From contig JANMQY010000140.1 of the NCBI GenBank assembly GCA_031370785.1, positions 1-64,000 on the forward strand: a DNA stretch of 64,000 nt, read 5' to 3'. The notes beneath the pieces are model-generated. The model saw nothing but the letters and a program-made list of their open reading frames with translations, was not told where the DNA came from and made no database searches. Below are positions 26,817-35,350 of the stretch, one piece after another. The number at the start of each line of letters is the position of its first letter. Positions within the stretch are counted from its first letter, which is position 1. The stretch is from Candidatus Eiseniibacteriota bacterium. GTDB lineage: Bacteria > Eisenbacteria > RBG-16-71-46. The position numbers and the translations under genes are program-made.

Positions 26817-29630
26817 ATGCGCCGCATCGCTCTCCTCCTGTCCGGTGTCGTGTTGGTCGTTGGCCTCGCCTCGGCGCCGCGACATCTCATCTCGCGCACC
26901 GCCACGAATCCGGACTTCGTTCACTTCGAGAGCGGACATGTGCACCCGGCGACGATCACACCGAGCGGGAATCGCCTGCTGGTCGTGAACACTCCGGACA
27001 ACCGGCTCACGGTGTTCGATCTCACGCAGGGCCCGCCCAGCAGGGACACACGCATTGCCGAAATCCCGGTCGGCATGGAGCCGGTCGCGGTCGCCGCGCT
27101 CGATGACAGCACCGCGTGGGTGGTGAACAACCTCTCGGACGACGTGAGCATCGTCAACCTGAACACCATGCACGTGACGAAGGCGCTGCGCGTCGGCGAT
27201 GAGCCGAACGACGTGGTGTTCGCAGGCACGCCGACCCGAGCCTACGTGAGCGTCACCAACGAGGACGTGGTCAAGGTGTACGATCCGTCGACCCGGCTCG
27301 AGGTCGCGATGATCCCGGTGCTCGGCCGGATGCCGCGCGCGCTGGCGCGCAACGCGGCCGGGACACTGGTGTTCGTCAACGTGCTCCAGGGCGGCAACAA
27401 GACTTCGATCCTGGGCGCGAACAAGGTCCCGAACGACTCGATCCCTCAGGAGCTCGAGTTCCCGCCCGACTCGATTCCCGGCCATGGCGCGCCCAAGACC
27501 GGATTCATCGTCCAGCTCTCGAAAGGTAGCTGGTACGACACCTACGGCAACATGTGGAACTCCAAGATCAAGTATTCGATGGCGGACGTGGACGTGGCCG
27601 AGATCAACACCGCGACCAACACGGTCACCCGCAACTTCGGAAACGTCGGCACCAACAACTTTGGAATCGCGGTGAGCCCGACCGACGGGCGCGTCGCGGT
27701 CAGCACCACGGATTCGCGAAACAACTTCCGCTTCGAGCCGAGGCTGATCGGCTATCTGGTCGAGACCCAGGTGGGCTACATCAATACCGCCGGCGTGGTC
27801 AGCCTGCGCAAGCTCGATCCGCACATCGACTACACGATCGTGCCCGGCACGCAGGCCGAGGCCGACTCGGCGATCGGCACTCCGGTCTGTATCGCGTTCT
27901 CCAGCAACGGTGCGCGCACTTATGTCACCTCGATGGCCACGAACAAGCTGGCGGTGCTGAACACGTTTTCGGCCGTCGGAGTCCTGGCACGCGTGCCGAC
28001 CGTCGCGGGTCCGACCGGCGTGGTGGTGGATGACGCTCGCGGGCAGATCTACATCGTGGGCCGGGACCGCAACCAGATTCAGACCCTGTCCTCCACCGAT
28101 TTCAGCCAGATCGCTCTGGGCTCGATCGGCATGGACCCGACCCCGAACGAGATCGTGAACGGGCGGAAGTTCTTCTACGGCGGTTTCACGTCGGCGCACG
28201 GCGACCAGTCGTGCGCGACCTGTCACATCTTCGGCGACTCGGACAACATGGTGTGGGATCTCGGCGATCCCTTCGGCGCGTACGTGCCGCCGCCGGTTCC
28301 GAATCCGCAGGGCCTGCAGGGATTCCATCCGATGAAGGGTCCGCTGCTGACGCAGACCCTGCGTGGGCTGACCAACACCGAGCCGTTCCACTGGCGGGGC
28401 GATCGCACGAACATGGCGGCGTTCAACGGGGCGATCGTGACGCTGTTGGGGCGCGCGGCGCCGCTCCCCGACAGCGAGATGACCGCGTTCGGCGACTTCG
28501 TGATGCCGCTCGCGCTGGCTCCGAATCCCGCGCAGTACCTCGACCGCACCATGCCGGATGCTCCGAGCACCGATCCCAGCGCGCTGCGCGGCGAGACGTT
28601 CTTCTTCAACACGCCGGTCGACGGCATCCTCAAGTGCAACGATTGCCACACCGCGACCAGCTTCGGCCCCGGAACCAATCGCGTCATGATTCCCGCGGCG
28701 CAGCTGAATGAATCGCAGGATCTCAAGGTGCCGCAGCTGCGCACCCAGTACCGGAAGACCGGGTTCCGCGACGAGCCCGGCTGGATCAACAAGCGCGGGT
28801 TCGGATACACGCATGACGGGGCCGTCGATACCCTGACCGCGTTCCTGCACGCGGCGCAGTTCGATTTCGGCGCCGAGCCCGCGGCCGGAGAGAACCGCCG
28901 CGACCTCGAGGCGTTCCTGCACGCGTTCGACACCGGAACTGCGCCGGCGGTCGGATACCAGATGACCTTTGACGGGCCGAACAACGCTGATCTCACCGAG
29001 ATCGCGCGCATGGACACTCTCGAGGGCCAGGCCGCTCTCAATTACTGCGACCTGATCGCCAAGGGCCGGGTCAATGGCCAGCCGCGCGGCTGGGAATACC
29101 TGGGCGGCGGGCTGTGGAAGCCCGACAAGGCGAGCGCGCCCAACCTGACCAGCGCCGATCTGCGCGCGCTGGGTGAGCTCGGCACCGAGCTGACCGTGAC
29201 CGGTGTGCCCAAGGGCAGCGGCCATCGCATGGGCATCGACCGCGATCGCGACGGCTATCTCGACGGCGATGAGCTCGATGCGCTCAGCGATCCCGGCAGC
29301 TTCGAATCGAACCCGACCAACGTCGGCGTCGGTCACTCGCCGAATGTCTTCGCGTTCTCGGTGCGTGGCGTGCGTCCGAATCCGTTCCGCGAGTCGACCG
29401 AACTCGCATTCACGCTCGGAGCGCGCAGCAGGGTGAGCGTCACCGTCTACGATGTCATGGGCCGGCAGGTGCGCGGCGTGGCACGCGGCCTGTGGCTGGA
29501 TGCGGGCCCGCAGAGCGTGCGCTGGGACGGCCGCGACGCGAGTGGAGCTTCGGCCAGGGCCGGCGTGTACTTCATCCGCCTCGAGACCGAGCACGGCCAG
29601 TGGACGCGTGCGGCGGTCCGGATTCGCTGA
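26817..29630 (+). CDS. Exported YVTN beta-propeller / di-heme cytochrome c protein with a C-terminal FlgD-like Ig domain
   Basis: Signal peptide; VGMEPVAV, VGDEP and YVT repeats; SCATCH and KCNDCH heme motifs; KVPQLR...YTHDG; DRDRDGYLDGDE; RPNPF...YDVMGRQVR...WDGRDASG...AGVYF. Confidence 0.85.
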   Translation: MRRIALLLSGVVLVVGLASAPRHLISRTATNPDFVHFESGHVHPATITPSGNRLLVVNTPDNRLTVFDLTQGPPSRDTRIAEIPVGMEPVAVAALDDSTAWVVNNLSDDVSIVNLNTMHVTKALRVGDEPNDVVFAGTPTRAYVSVTNEDVVKVYDPSTRLEVAMIPVLGRMPRALARNAAGTLVFVNVLQGGNKTSILGANKVPNDSIPQELEFPPDSIPGHGAPKTGFIVQLSKGSWYDTYGNMWNSKIKYSMADVDVAEINTATNTVTRNFGNVGTNNFGIAVSPTDGRVAVSTTDSRNNFRFEPRLIGYLVETQVGYINTAGVVSLRKLDPHIDYTIVPGTQAEADSAIGTPVCIAFSSNGARTYVTSMATNKLAVLNTFSAVGVLARVPTVAGPTGVVVDDARGQIYIVGRDRNQIQTLSSTDFSQIALGSIGMDPTPNEIVNGRKFFYGGFTSAHGDQSCATCHIFGDSDNMVWDLGDPFGAYVPPPVPNPQGLQGFHPMKGPLLTQTLRGLTNTEPFHWRGDRTNMAAFNGAIVTLLGRAAPLPDSEMTAFGDFVMPLALAPNPAQYLDRTMPDAPSTDPSALRGETFFFNTPVDGILKCNDCHTATSFGPGTNRVMIPAAQLNESQDLKVPQLRTQYRKTGFRDEPGWINKRGFGYTHDGAVDTLTAFLHAAQFDFGAEPAAGENRRDLEAFLHAFDTGTAPAVGYQMTFDGPNNADLTEIARMDTLEGQAALNYCDLIAKGRVNGQPRGWEYLGGGLWKPDKASAPNLTSADLRALGELGTELTVTGVPKGSGHRMGIDRDRDGYLDGDELDALSDPGSFESNPTNVGVGHSPNVFAFSVRGVRPNPFRESTELAFTLGARSRVSVTVYDVMGRQVRGVARGLWLDAGPQSVRWDGRDASGASARAGVYFIRLETEHGQWTRAAVRIR

Positions 29631-29672
29631 CGCGAAGCACCGCGCGGCCCTTGCTGCGCGCGCAACCGTCCG

Positions 29673-29708
29673 GAAGCCGTAGGCGTTCCCCGACGCCTGT
29701 CGGCTTTC
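29673..29708 (+). terminator. Intrinsic terminator
   Basis: GAAGCCG-TAGGCGT...ACGCCTG-TCGGCTTTC hairpin after the stop codon. Confidence 0.5.
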
Positions 29709-29787
29709 GGCGGTTCGCGTTTACGAGGCCTTGCAGCATGTCGGGCGCACGGCCGGACACGCCCACAAGTGCTAGAGTCGCTGCCCC

Positions 29788-32151
29788 ATGACTCCGCCCG
29801 CCGATGATGCCTCCAGCGTGCTCGCCAGCGCCGAACACCTTCCGCTCGTCGGCACGGGAGAGGGCTGCCTCGAGATCGTCGCCGAGCGCCTGCGCACCAC
29901 GCCGGGGGTCGTGGCGCTCGAGGCCGATTTCCGGGATCACACGCTCACCGTCCGCTATCAGCCGTCGCGCATCGAGCCCGACCGGCTGAACGCGCTGGCG
30001 GACGAGATCGCCGCCCTGTTCGCCCAGCGCGTCACCCACTGCGATCGCCGGCAATCACTCGACGCGTGCAGCGAATGCGCGATGCGGCTCGGGCACATTC
30101 CCGAGCTCGACCAGCGCGAATTCGCGGTCACCGCCGAGGCGGATCGGGTCGGAATCAGCCGGCGTCTGGTGCCGACCGACAGCGCCGAGCTGCGCCGCCC
30201 GCTGGGCTCGGCCAAGCCGTGGGGCGCGACCCTCTCGAACGCGGAGCAGGAGCACCATTCGAAGGGCCGCTCGATGGCGGTGCTGACCGGGGTGTGCCTC
30301 ACGCTGCTGATCGCAGGGGTCGCCTTCGAGCACGCCGGGCTTCCGCTGGCGTTTTCGCGCGGCGCGTTCACGCTCGCGGCGATCTTCGGCGGCTGGTTCT
30401 CGCTGCGCTCGACGCTGCGCTCGCTCGCGAGACTGCGCTTCGACGTCAACCTGCTGATGATCCTCGCGGCGTTCGGCGCCGCCGTGATCGGCTACGTCTT
30501 CGAGGCCGCAGTCCTGATGTTCCTGTTCTCGCTCAGCAACACGCTCGAGGTGTACACCATGGGCCGCACGCGGCGCGCGCTGCACGCGCTGCTCAAGCTG
30601 CGTCCCGCGCGTGCGCTGGTCGTGCGAAATGGGCGCGAGATCGAGATCGACGCCGAGTCGGTCGCCATCGGCGAGCGCGTGATCGTGAAGCCCGGAGAAG
30701 CGATCCCGGTGGATGGAGTGGTGCTGACCGGCACCTCGCTGGTGGACCAGAGCAGCCTGACCGGCGAATCGGTGCCGGTCGCCAAGGAGGCCGGCGACCG
30801 GGTGTTCACGGGCACGCTGAACCAGCAGGGCTCGATCGACGTGCGCACTACCCGCGCCGCGTCCGACACCGCGCTCGCGCGCATCGTCACCCTGGTTCGG
30901 GAAGCGCAGGAGCAGAAGTCGCGCACCGAAGAGGTGGCGGAGTGGGTCGGCCGCTACTACACCGTGGTCGTCATGCTCGCGGCGCTCGCAATGATCGTGA
31001 TTCCGCCGTTCGCGTTCGGGCACGATTTCCAGAGCTCGTTCTATCGGGCCATGACGTTGCTGGTGGTGGCCTCGCCGTGTGCGCTGGTGATCGCGACCCC
31101 GGCCACCATCCTCAGCGCGATCGCGAACGCGGCCCGCAACGGCGTGCTGTTCAAGGGTGGGCGCTTCATCGAAGCGCTCGGCCGCGTCAAGGCCATCGCG
31201 TTCGACAAGACCGGCACGCTGACCCGCGGTCGATTCGAAGTGACCGACGTGTTCGCACTCGACGGCGCACGCGAGGAGGAGATTCTGGGCTGGGCGGCGA
31301 GCGCAGAGAAACGCTCCCCGCACCCGCTGGCGCAGGCCGTGGTGCGCGCGGCGGAAGCGCGCGGGCTCAATCCGATCGCGGCCGAGCAGCTCACCAATCA
31401 TCTCGGCAAGGGCCTGGCCGCGCGCGTGAACGGGATCCAGGTCGAGATCGGAACGCCCGAGCTGTTCGCGCACCTCGGGGTCGCGGTGCCCGCGCCGGTG
31501 CTGGAGCGCGTCGCGACCTTCCACCGCGAGGCGCACACCGCGATGATCGTGCGCCGTGGCGCGGCGTGGGGCGTGATCGCCGCCGCCGATCAGCTGCGCC
31601 CCGCTGCGGCCGGGATGGTGGCCGAGCTCAAGCGCGAAGGAATCGCGTCGGTCGTGCTGCTCTCCGGCGACGACCCCGGCACCGTCGAGGCGATCGCGCG
31701 CCGGGCCGGCGTCGATGAGTTCCGGGGCGCGCTGCTGCCCGAAGACAAGGTGAACGCGATTGCCGAGCTCGAGCGCACGCACGGTGCGGTCGCCATGGTC
31801 GGCGATGGAATCAACGATGCGCCCGCGCTAGCGCGCGCCGGGGTCGGGATCGTGATGGGCGGGATCGGCAGCGACGCGGCCCTCGAGAGCGCCGATGTCG
31901 TGCTCATGTCCGACGATCTCGGAGCCCTACCCTACGCGGTGCGCCTCAGCCGCCGCGCGCGATCGGTCGTAGTCCAGAACGTGACCATCGCCTCGGGTGT
32001 CATGCTGCTGCTCGTGACCTGGGTGTTCCTCGGCCAGCACACGCCGTTCGGCGCGCTCAAGCTGCCGATCGCCGTGTCGGGGCACGAAGGCAGCACGGTG
32101 ATCGTGATCCTCAACGGCCTGCGACTGCTGGGGGAGAAGCGCGCGCGGTAG
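29788..32151 (+). CDS. Heavy-metal P-type ATPase, P1B-4 signature (Co/Fe/Zn)
   Basis: LTGES, VASPCAL (SPC), DKTGTLT, HP, GDGINDAPAL, HEGST. Confidence 0.92.
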   Translation: MTPPADDASSVLASAEHLPLVGTGEGCLEIVAERLRTTPGVVALEADFRDHTLTVRYQPSRIEPDRLNALADEIAALFAQRVTHCDRRQSLDACSECAMRLGHIPELDQREFAVTAEADRVGISRRLVPTDSAELRRPLGSAKPWGATLSNAEQEHHSKGRSMAVLTGVCLTLLIAGVAFEHAGLPLAFSRGAFTLAAIFGGWFSLRSTLRSLARLRFDVNLLMILAAFGAAVIGYVFEAAVLMFLFSLSNTLEVYTMGRTRRALHALLKLRPARALVVRNGREIEIDAESVAIGERVIVKPGEAIPVDGVVLTGTSLVDQSSLTGESVPVAKEAGDRVFTGTLNQQGSIDVRTTRAASDTALARIVTLVREAQEQKSRTEEVAEWVGRYYTVVVMLAALAMIVIPPFAFGHDFQSSFYRAMTLLVVASPCALVIATPATILSAIANAARNGVLFKGGRFIEALGRVKAIAFDKTGTLTRGRFEVTDVFALDGAREEEILGWAASAEKRSPHPLAQAVVRAAEARGLNPIAAEQLTNHLGKGLAARVNGIQVEIGTPELFAHLGVAVPAPVLERVATFHREAHTAMIVRRGAAWGVIAAADQLRPAAAGMVAELKREGIASVVLLSGDDPGTVEAIARRAGVDEFRGALLPEDKVNAIAELERTHGAVAMVGDGINDAPALARAGVGIVMGGIGSDAALESADVVLMSDDLGALPYAVRLSRRARSVVVQNVTIASGVMLLLVTWVFLGQHTPFGALKLPIAVSGHEGSTVIVILNGLRLLGEKRAR

Positions 32152-32156
32152 AAGCT

Positions 32157-32732
32157 CTACGCCTTCCTGCGTTTCACCTTCCACTTGCCGGTCGCGGTCG
32201 ACGAGCCGGCGCCATGCGAGGTCGAGAACGTTCCGTCGATGACGTCACCATGGATGCGGCCATCGAACGTCGTGAACGCAGTGCAATCGCAGGCAGGATC
32301 GGTGTAGGGATCGAGCCGGCCGGTGACGCCTCCGCCCGCGGCATGCACGAACGTGACGGCCAGATCCTGAACCATGACGATCTGGATGCGCTTGCTATCG
32401 ACTGCGCGCGGTACTCCGAGTGGCGCGCCCGGGTAGACCATGCCCACAGTTCCCTGCGCGGAATCGGATCCGGCCGCGAGATGGAAGCTGATCGCGCCGT
32501 TTCGTCCGCTCGGCCCGCCCGAGTATTCACCCGACCAATCGCCGGCAAGCCGAGCCACGTCGGAAGCGCTGCCCGAGACCGGCATGTTGGCCGGAACGGT
32601 CGCGCAGCCAGCCACCATGAGAACGAGCGCGACGAGAGCGCCGCGCGCGACGGCGGGGGAGCGACGAGAGGCACGCAGTACGGGCCGGCGGTCGTTGATG
32701 GAAACGATGCGGCGCTCGATTCGTTCACGCAT
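32157..32732 (-). CDS. Hypothetical lipoprotein
   Basis: AGGAG RBS; LMVAGC lipobox; LAGDWSGEY; Y.DP.C.C motif. Confidence 0.65.
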   Translation of the reverse strand: MRERIERRIVSINDRRPVLRASRRSPAVARGALVALVLMVAGCATVPANMPVSGSASDVARLAGDWSGEYSGGPSGRNGAISFHLAAGSDSAQGTVGMVYPGAPLGVPRAVDSKRIQIVMVQDLAVTFVHAAGGGVTGRLDPYTDPACDCTAFTTFDGRIHGDVIDGTFSTSHGAGSSTATGKWKVKRRKA

Positions 32733-32851
32733 GGCGGCTCCTTTGGTGAGTGGGACGAGGCCTGGCGGCCATCGTACATCGGGAGCCGGAGCAAACCCAC
32801 CGCGCTGGTTCGATGCGAGCCCGCGCCGGCCGGCGGAGCGGGCAGGACGGG

Positions 32852-33508
32852 TCAGGGCAGTGGAGTCACCACCACGTTGTCGTAGTACAACGTGCACTGT
32901 CCGACTCCGCCCGTGTAGGCCGGCAGCGCGATCCGTCCCTGCGGGCAGACGTTCTTCTGATCGAGTCGGTCGATCAGCAGCTCGCCGTTGACGAACACGC
33001 GATAGCGCGAGCGGCGCGCCTCGACGCGCAGGTGGTGCCACACACCGTTGGCGTTGACCACGCGCGCCTTGCCCATCGGCCATTCACGCCGGTACATCAC
33101 CACGTCCTGATAGCCCTGCCCGCGGAGATCCACGCCCACACCACGCTCACCCGTCACCCGAACGACCACGCCCTTGTCGACCCCGCGCATCTGGCAGACG
33201 TCCAGGTCCACGGCATAGTCTGTCCAGCTCTCCGAGCCGGCGTAGAGGAACCCCCGCAACTGCTTCACGTCGGGGAGGTCGGCGCGCAGCATTCCGTGGC
33301 GCACGGTCCAGACGCCGGGCCGATCGGGCCCCCAGCCCTTCAGGCTCCTGTCGTGGAAATCGTCGCTGAACAGGGCGTTCGGCGGGGCAACGAAGTGCGG
33401 AGAAGCGGACGGGGAGGCGTCACGATAGGGGTCCGGGGCGGCGCCAAGTGCCAGAATGGCCAGAAAAACGCCGGTAGCCACGGGTCCATGTGTGCGAAGG
33501 CGCTTCAC
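32852..33508 (-). CDS. Exported DUF1080/concanavalin-like beta-sandwich protein (start uncertain)
   Basis: LFSDDF...W...WTDYAVDLD...WHHLRVE...VFVNG...GRIAL...YDNVVV. Confidence 0.7.
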   Translation of the reverse strand: MKRLRTHGPVATGVFLAILALGAAPDPYRDASPSASPHFVAPPNALFSDDFHDRSLKGWGPDRPGVWTVRHGMLRADLPDVKQLRGFLYAGSESWTDYAVDLDVCQMRGVDKGVVVRVTGERGVGVDLRGQGYQDVVMYRREWPMGKARVVNANGVWHHLRVEARRSRYRVFVNGELLIDRLDQKNVCPQGRIALPAYTGGVGQCTLYYDNVVVTPLP

Positions 33509-33542
33509 GGCGAGCCAGAGTGCCCCATTTCCCGCGAAAGTC

Positions 33543-33587
33543 AACCGGTGCCACCGGTTTGCCGCCCTCGGAACCCGCTGGTATGAT
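33543..33587 (+). promoter_or_regulatory. sigma70 promoter of arginase with an adjacent perfect palindrome
   Basis: TTGCCG-N17-TATGAT with extended TG; AACCGGTG-C-CACCGGTT abuts the -35. Confidence 0.6.
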
Positions 33588-33596
33588 GCCGTGCTT

Positions 33597-34517
33597 ATGG
33601 GTACCCGGAAGCGCTCCATCGAGATCATCGGCGTCCCCGTCGACCTCGGTGCCGGCCGGCGTGGGGTGGACATGGGCCCTTCAGCGATCCGGATCGCCGA
33701 CCTGGAGCCCCGCCTCGAGCAGCTCGGACACAAGGTGCTGGACTCGGGTGACCTCGATGTGATGATTCCCGAAACCCAGAAGGTGGGCGAGGGTAAGCTC
33801 AAGTACAAAGCGCCGATCCTCGCCGCGTGCGTGGATCTCGAGCGCGCGGTCGGCAACAGCCTCGAGAAGAATCGCCTGCCGCTCGTGCTCGGAGGCGATC
33901 ACAGCATCGCCATCGGCTCGGTGGCCGGCTCGACCAACTTTTTTGCGAAGCAAAATGAAACGCTCGGTCTGATCTGGTTCGACGCGCATGGTGACGCGAA
34001 CACGCCGGAGACGACGCCGTCCGGAAACATCCACGGCATGTCGCTCGCGGTCTCGCTCGGTCTCGGGGATCCCGACCTCGTGAACCTGGGCGGGCGTGCT
34101 CCAAAGGTGCTGGCGCGCAACACCGTGCTCATCGGCATCCGCGATCTCGATCAGGGCGAACGCGACACCCTCAAGAAGTCCGGCGTGAGCGTCTACACCA
34201 TGCGCGATCTGGATGAGCGGGGAATGCGCGACGTGGTGGACGAGGCAATCCGACTTGCGAGCGACGGCACCGCGGGAATCCATCTCTCGTTCGACCTGGA
34301 TGTGGTGGATCCGGAGGACGCGCCCGGCACCGGGACTCCGGTGTGGGGCGGAATCACGTACCGCGAAGCGCACCTTGCGATGGAGTTGATGAGCGACCGC
34401 GCCCAGATCGTGGCGATCGATCTGGTCGAAGTGAATCCGGTGCTCGACACACAGAACATGACCGGGATTCTGGCCGCCGAGCTGGCCCAGAGCGCGCTCG
34501 GAAAGCGGATCCTCTGA
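33597..34517 (+). CDS. rocF: Arginase
   Basis: GVDMGPSAIR, LGGDHS, DAHGDANT, SGNIHGM, SFDLDVVDP, GTGTPVWGG, VEVNP. Confidence 0.95.
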   Translation: MGTRKRSIEIIGVPVDLGAGRRGVDMGPSAIRIADLEPRLEQLGHKVLDSGDLDVMIPETQKVGEGKLKYKAPILAACVDLERAVGNSLEKNRLPLVLGGDHSIAIGSVAGSTNFFAKQNETLGLIWFDAHGDANTPETTPSGNIHGMSLAVSLGLGDPDLVNLGGRAPKVLARNTVLIGIRDLDQGERDTLKKSGVSVYTMRDLDERGMRDVVDEAIRLASDGTAGIHLSFDLDVVDPEDAPGTGTPVWGGITYREAHLAMELMSDRAQIVAIDLVEVNPVLDTQNMTGILAAELAQSALGKRIL

Positions 34518-34611
34518 ATGACTTGCCCGTGAGACCCAGTAGCAAGACTTGAACCTTCAAGCCCTGCGACAGGGACGCCAGTTTCAGTCGCCAGGCAGAG
34601 CAGGAGAGAGA

Positions 34612-35055
34612 TTGACGACCGACACACGCACCACCCCGGCAGCAAAGCGAGAGGACGAGCGCGAGGCCGTGCGCCGCTTTCTCACCTCGCGCGGCTGCAC
34701 CGAGCGCATCGTCGACGGCGGCATCGATGCGCTGATCACCGAATGGGCGCGCATCGCCGAATCGGTGGCGACCGGCTATAAGCCCGACTCTCTCGACGAC
34801 TATCTGAACGACATGGACGTGCGCGAGCTGGTCGCGCTGACGCTCGCCTCGGTGCCCGCCGCGGTGCGTCCCGCGCGTCGCGAGCGCCTTGCCGCCGCAG
34901 ATGCTCGCATCCGATCCGCGCTCAAGCCACGGGCGCGCTGCCTGTGGGGTCCCGGAGTCGCGGCCAGCCATCGCTGGAAGCCCGAAGTGCAGTGGTGGTA
35001 CTTCATGCAGCCGGGAAAACCCGGACCCGGGCTCGCGCGCGAACTCGAGAGCTAG
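34612..35055 (+). CDS. Hypothetical protein
   Basis: GGAG RBS before the TTG at 34612; LDDYLNDMDVRE and WWYF motifs; normal codon bias. Confidence 0.65.
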   Translation: MTTDTRTTPAAKREDEREAVRRFLTSRGCTERIVDGGIDALITEWARIAESVATGYKPDSLDDYLNDMDVRELVALTLASVPAAVRPARRERLAAADARIRSALKPRARCLWGPGVAASHRWKPEVQWWYFMQPGKPGPGLARELES

Positions 35056-35089
35056 CGCAATCGACACCTGAGGTCGAGGGGACGGCGCG

Positions 35090-35350
35090 TTAGATTCGCG
35101 GCGCCGAATGGCCCGTCGTCTGGTTGTCGTTCGGGTTGCCCTTCCCATCGCCTTCGACCGGCACCCAGCCTTCATCCGGCACCAACATGTCGGAGTCGCC
35201 GCTGAACCGATCGACGCGCACGGGGTAGGCGTTCCCGTCATCGAAAATGTGATCGTAGCGAAAGCGCGTCGGCCACACCCACAACGCGAACGCGGCGACG
35301 ATCAGCAGCAGCGCGAGCCGCCACAACCGCTCGATCCACAGCCTGAGCAT
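35090..35350 (-). CDS. Small membrane-anchored hypothetical protein
   Basis: TGATG overlap with the S9 stop; TM helix then WPTRFRYD...PVRVDRFSG. Confidence 0.65.
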   Translation of the reverse strand: MLRLWIERLWRLALLLIVAAFALWVWPTRFRYDHIFDDGNAYPVRVDRFSGDSDMLVPDEGWVPVEGDGKGNPNDNQTTGHSAPRI

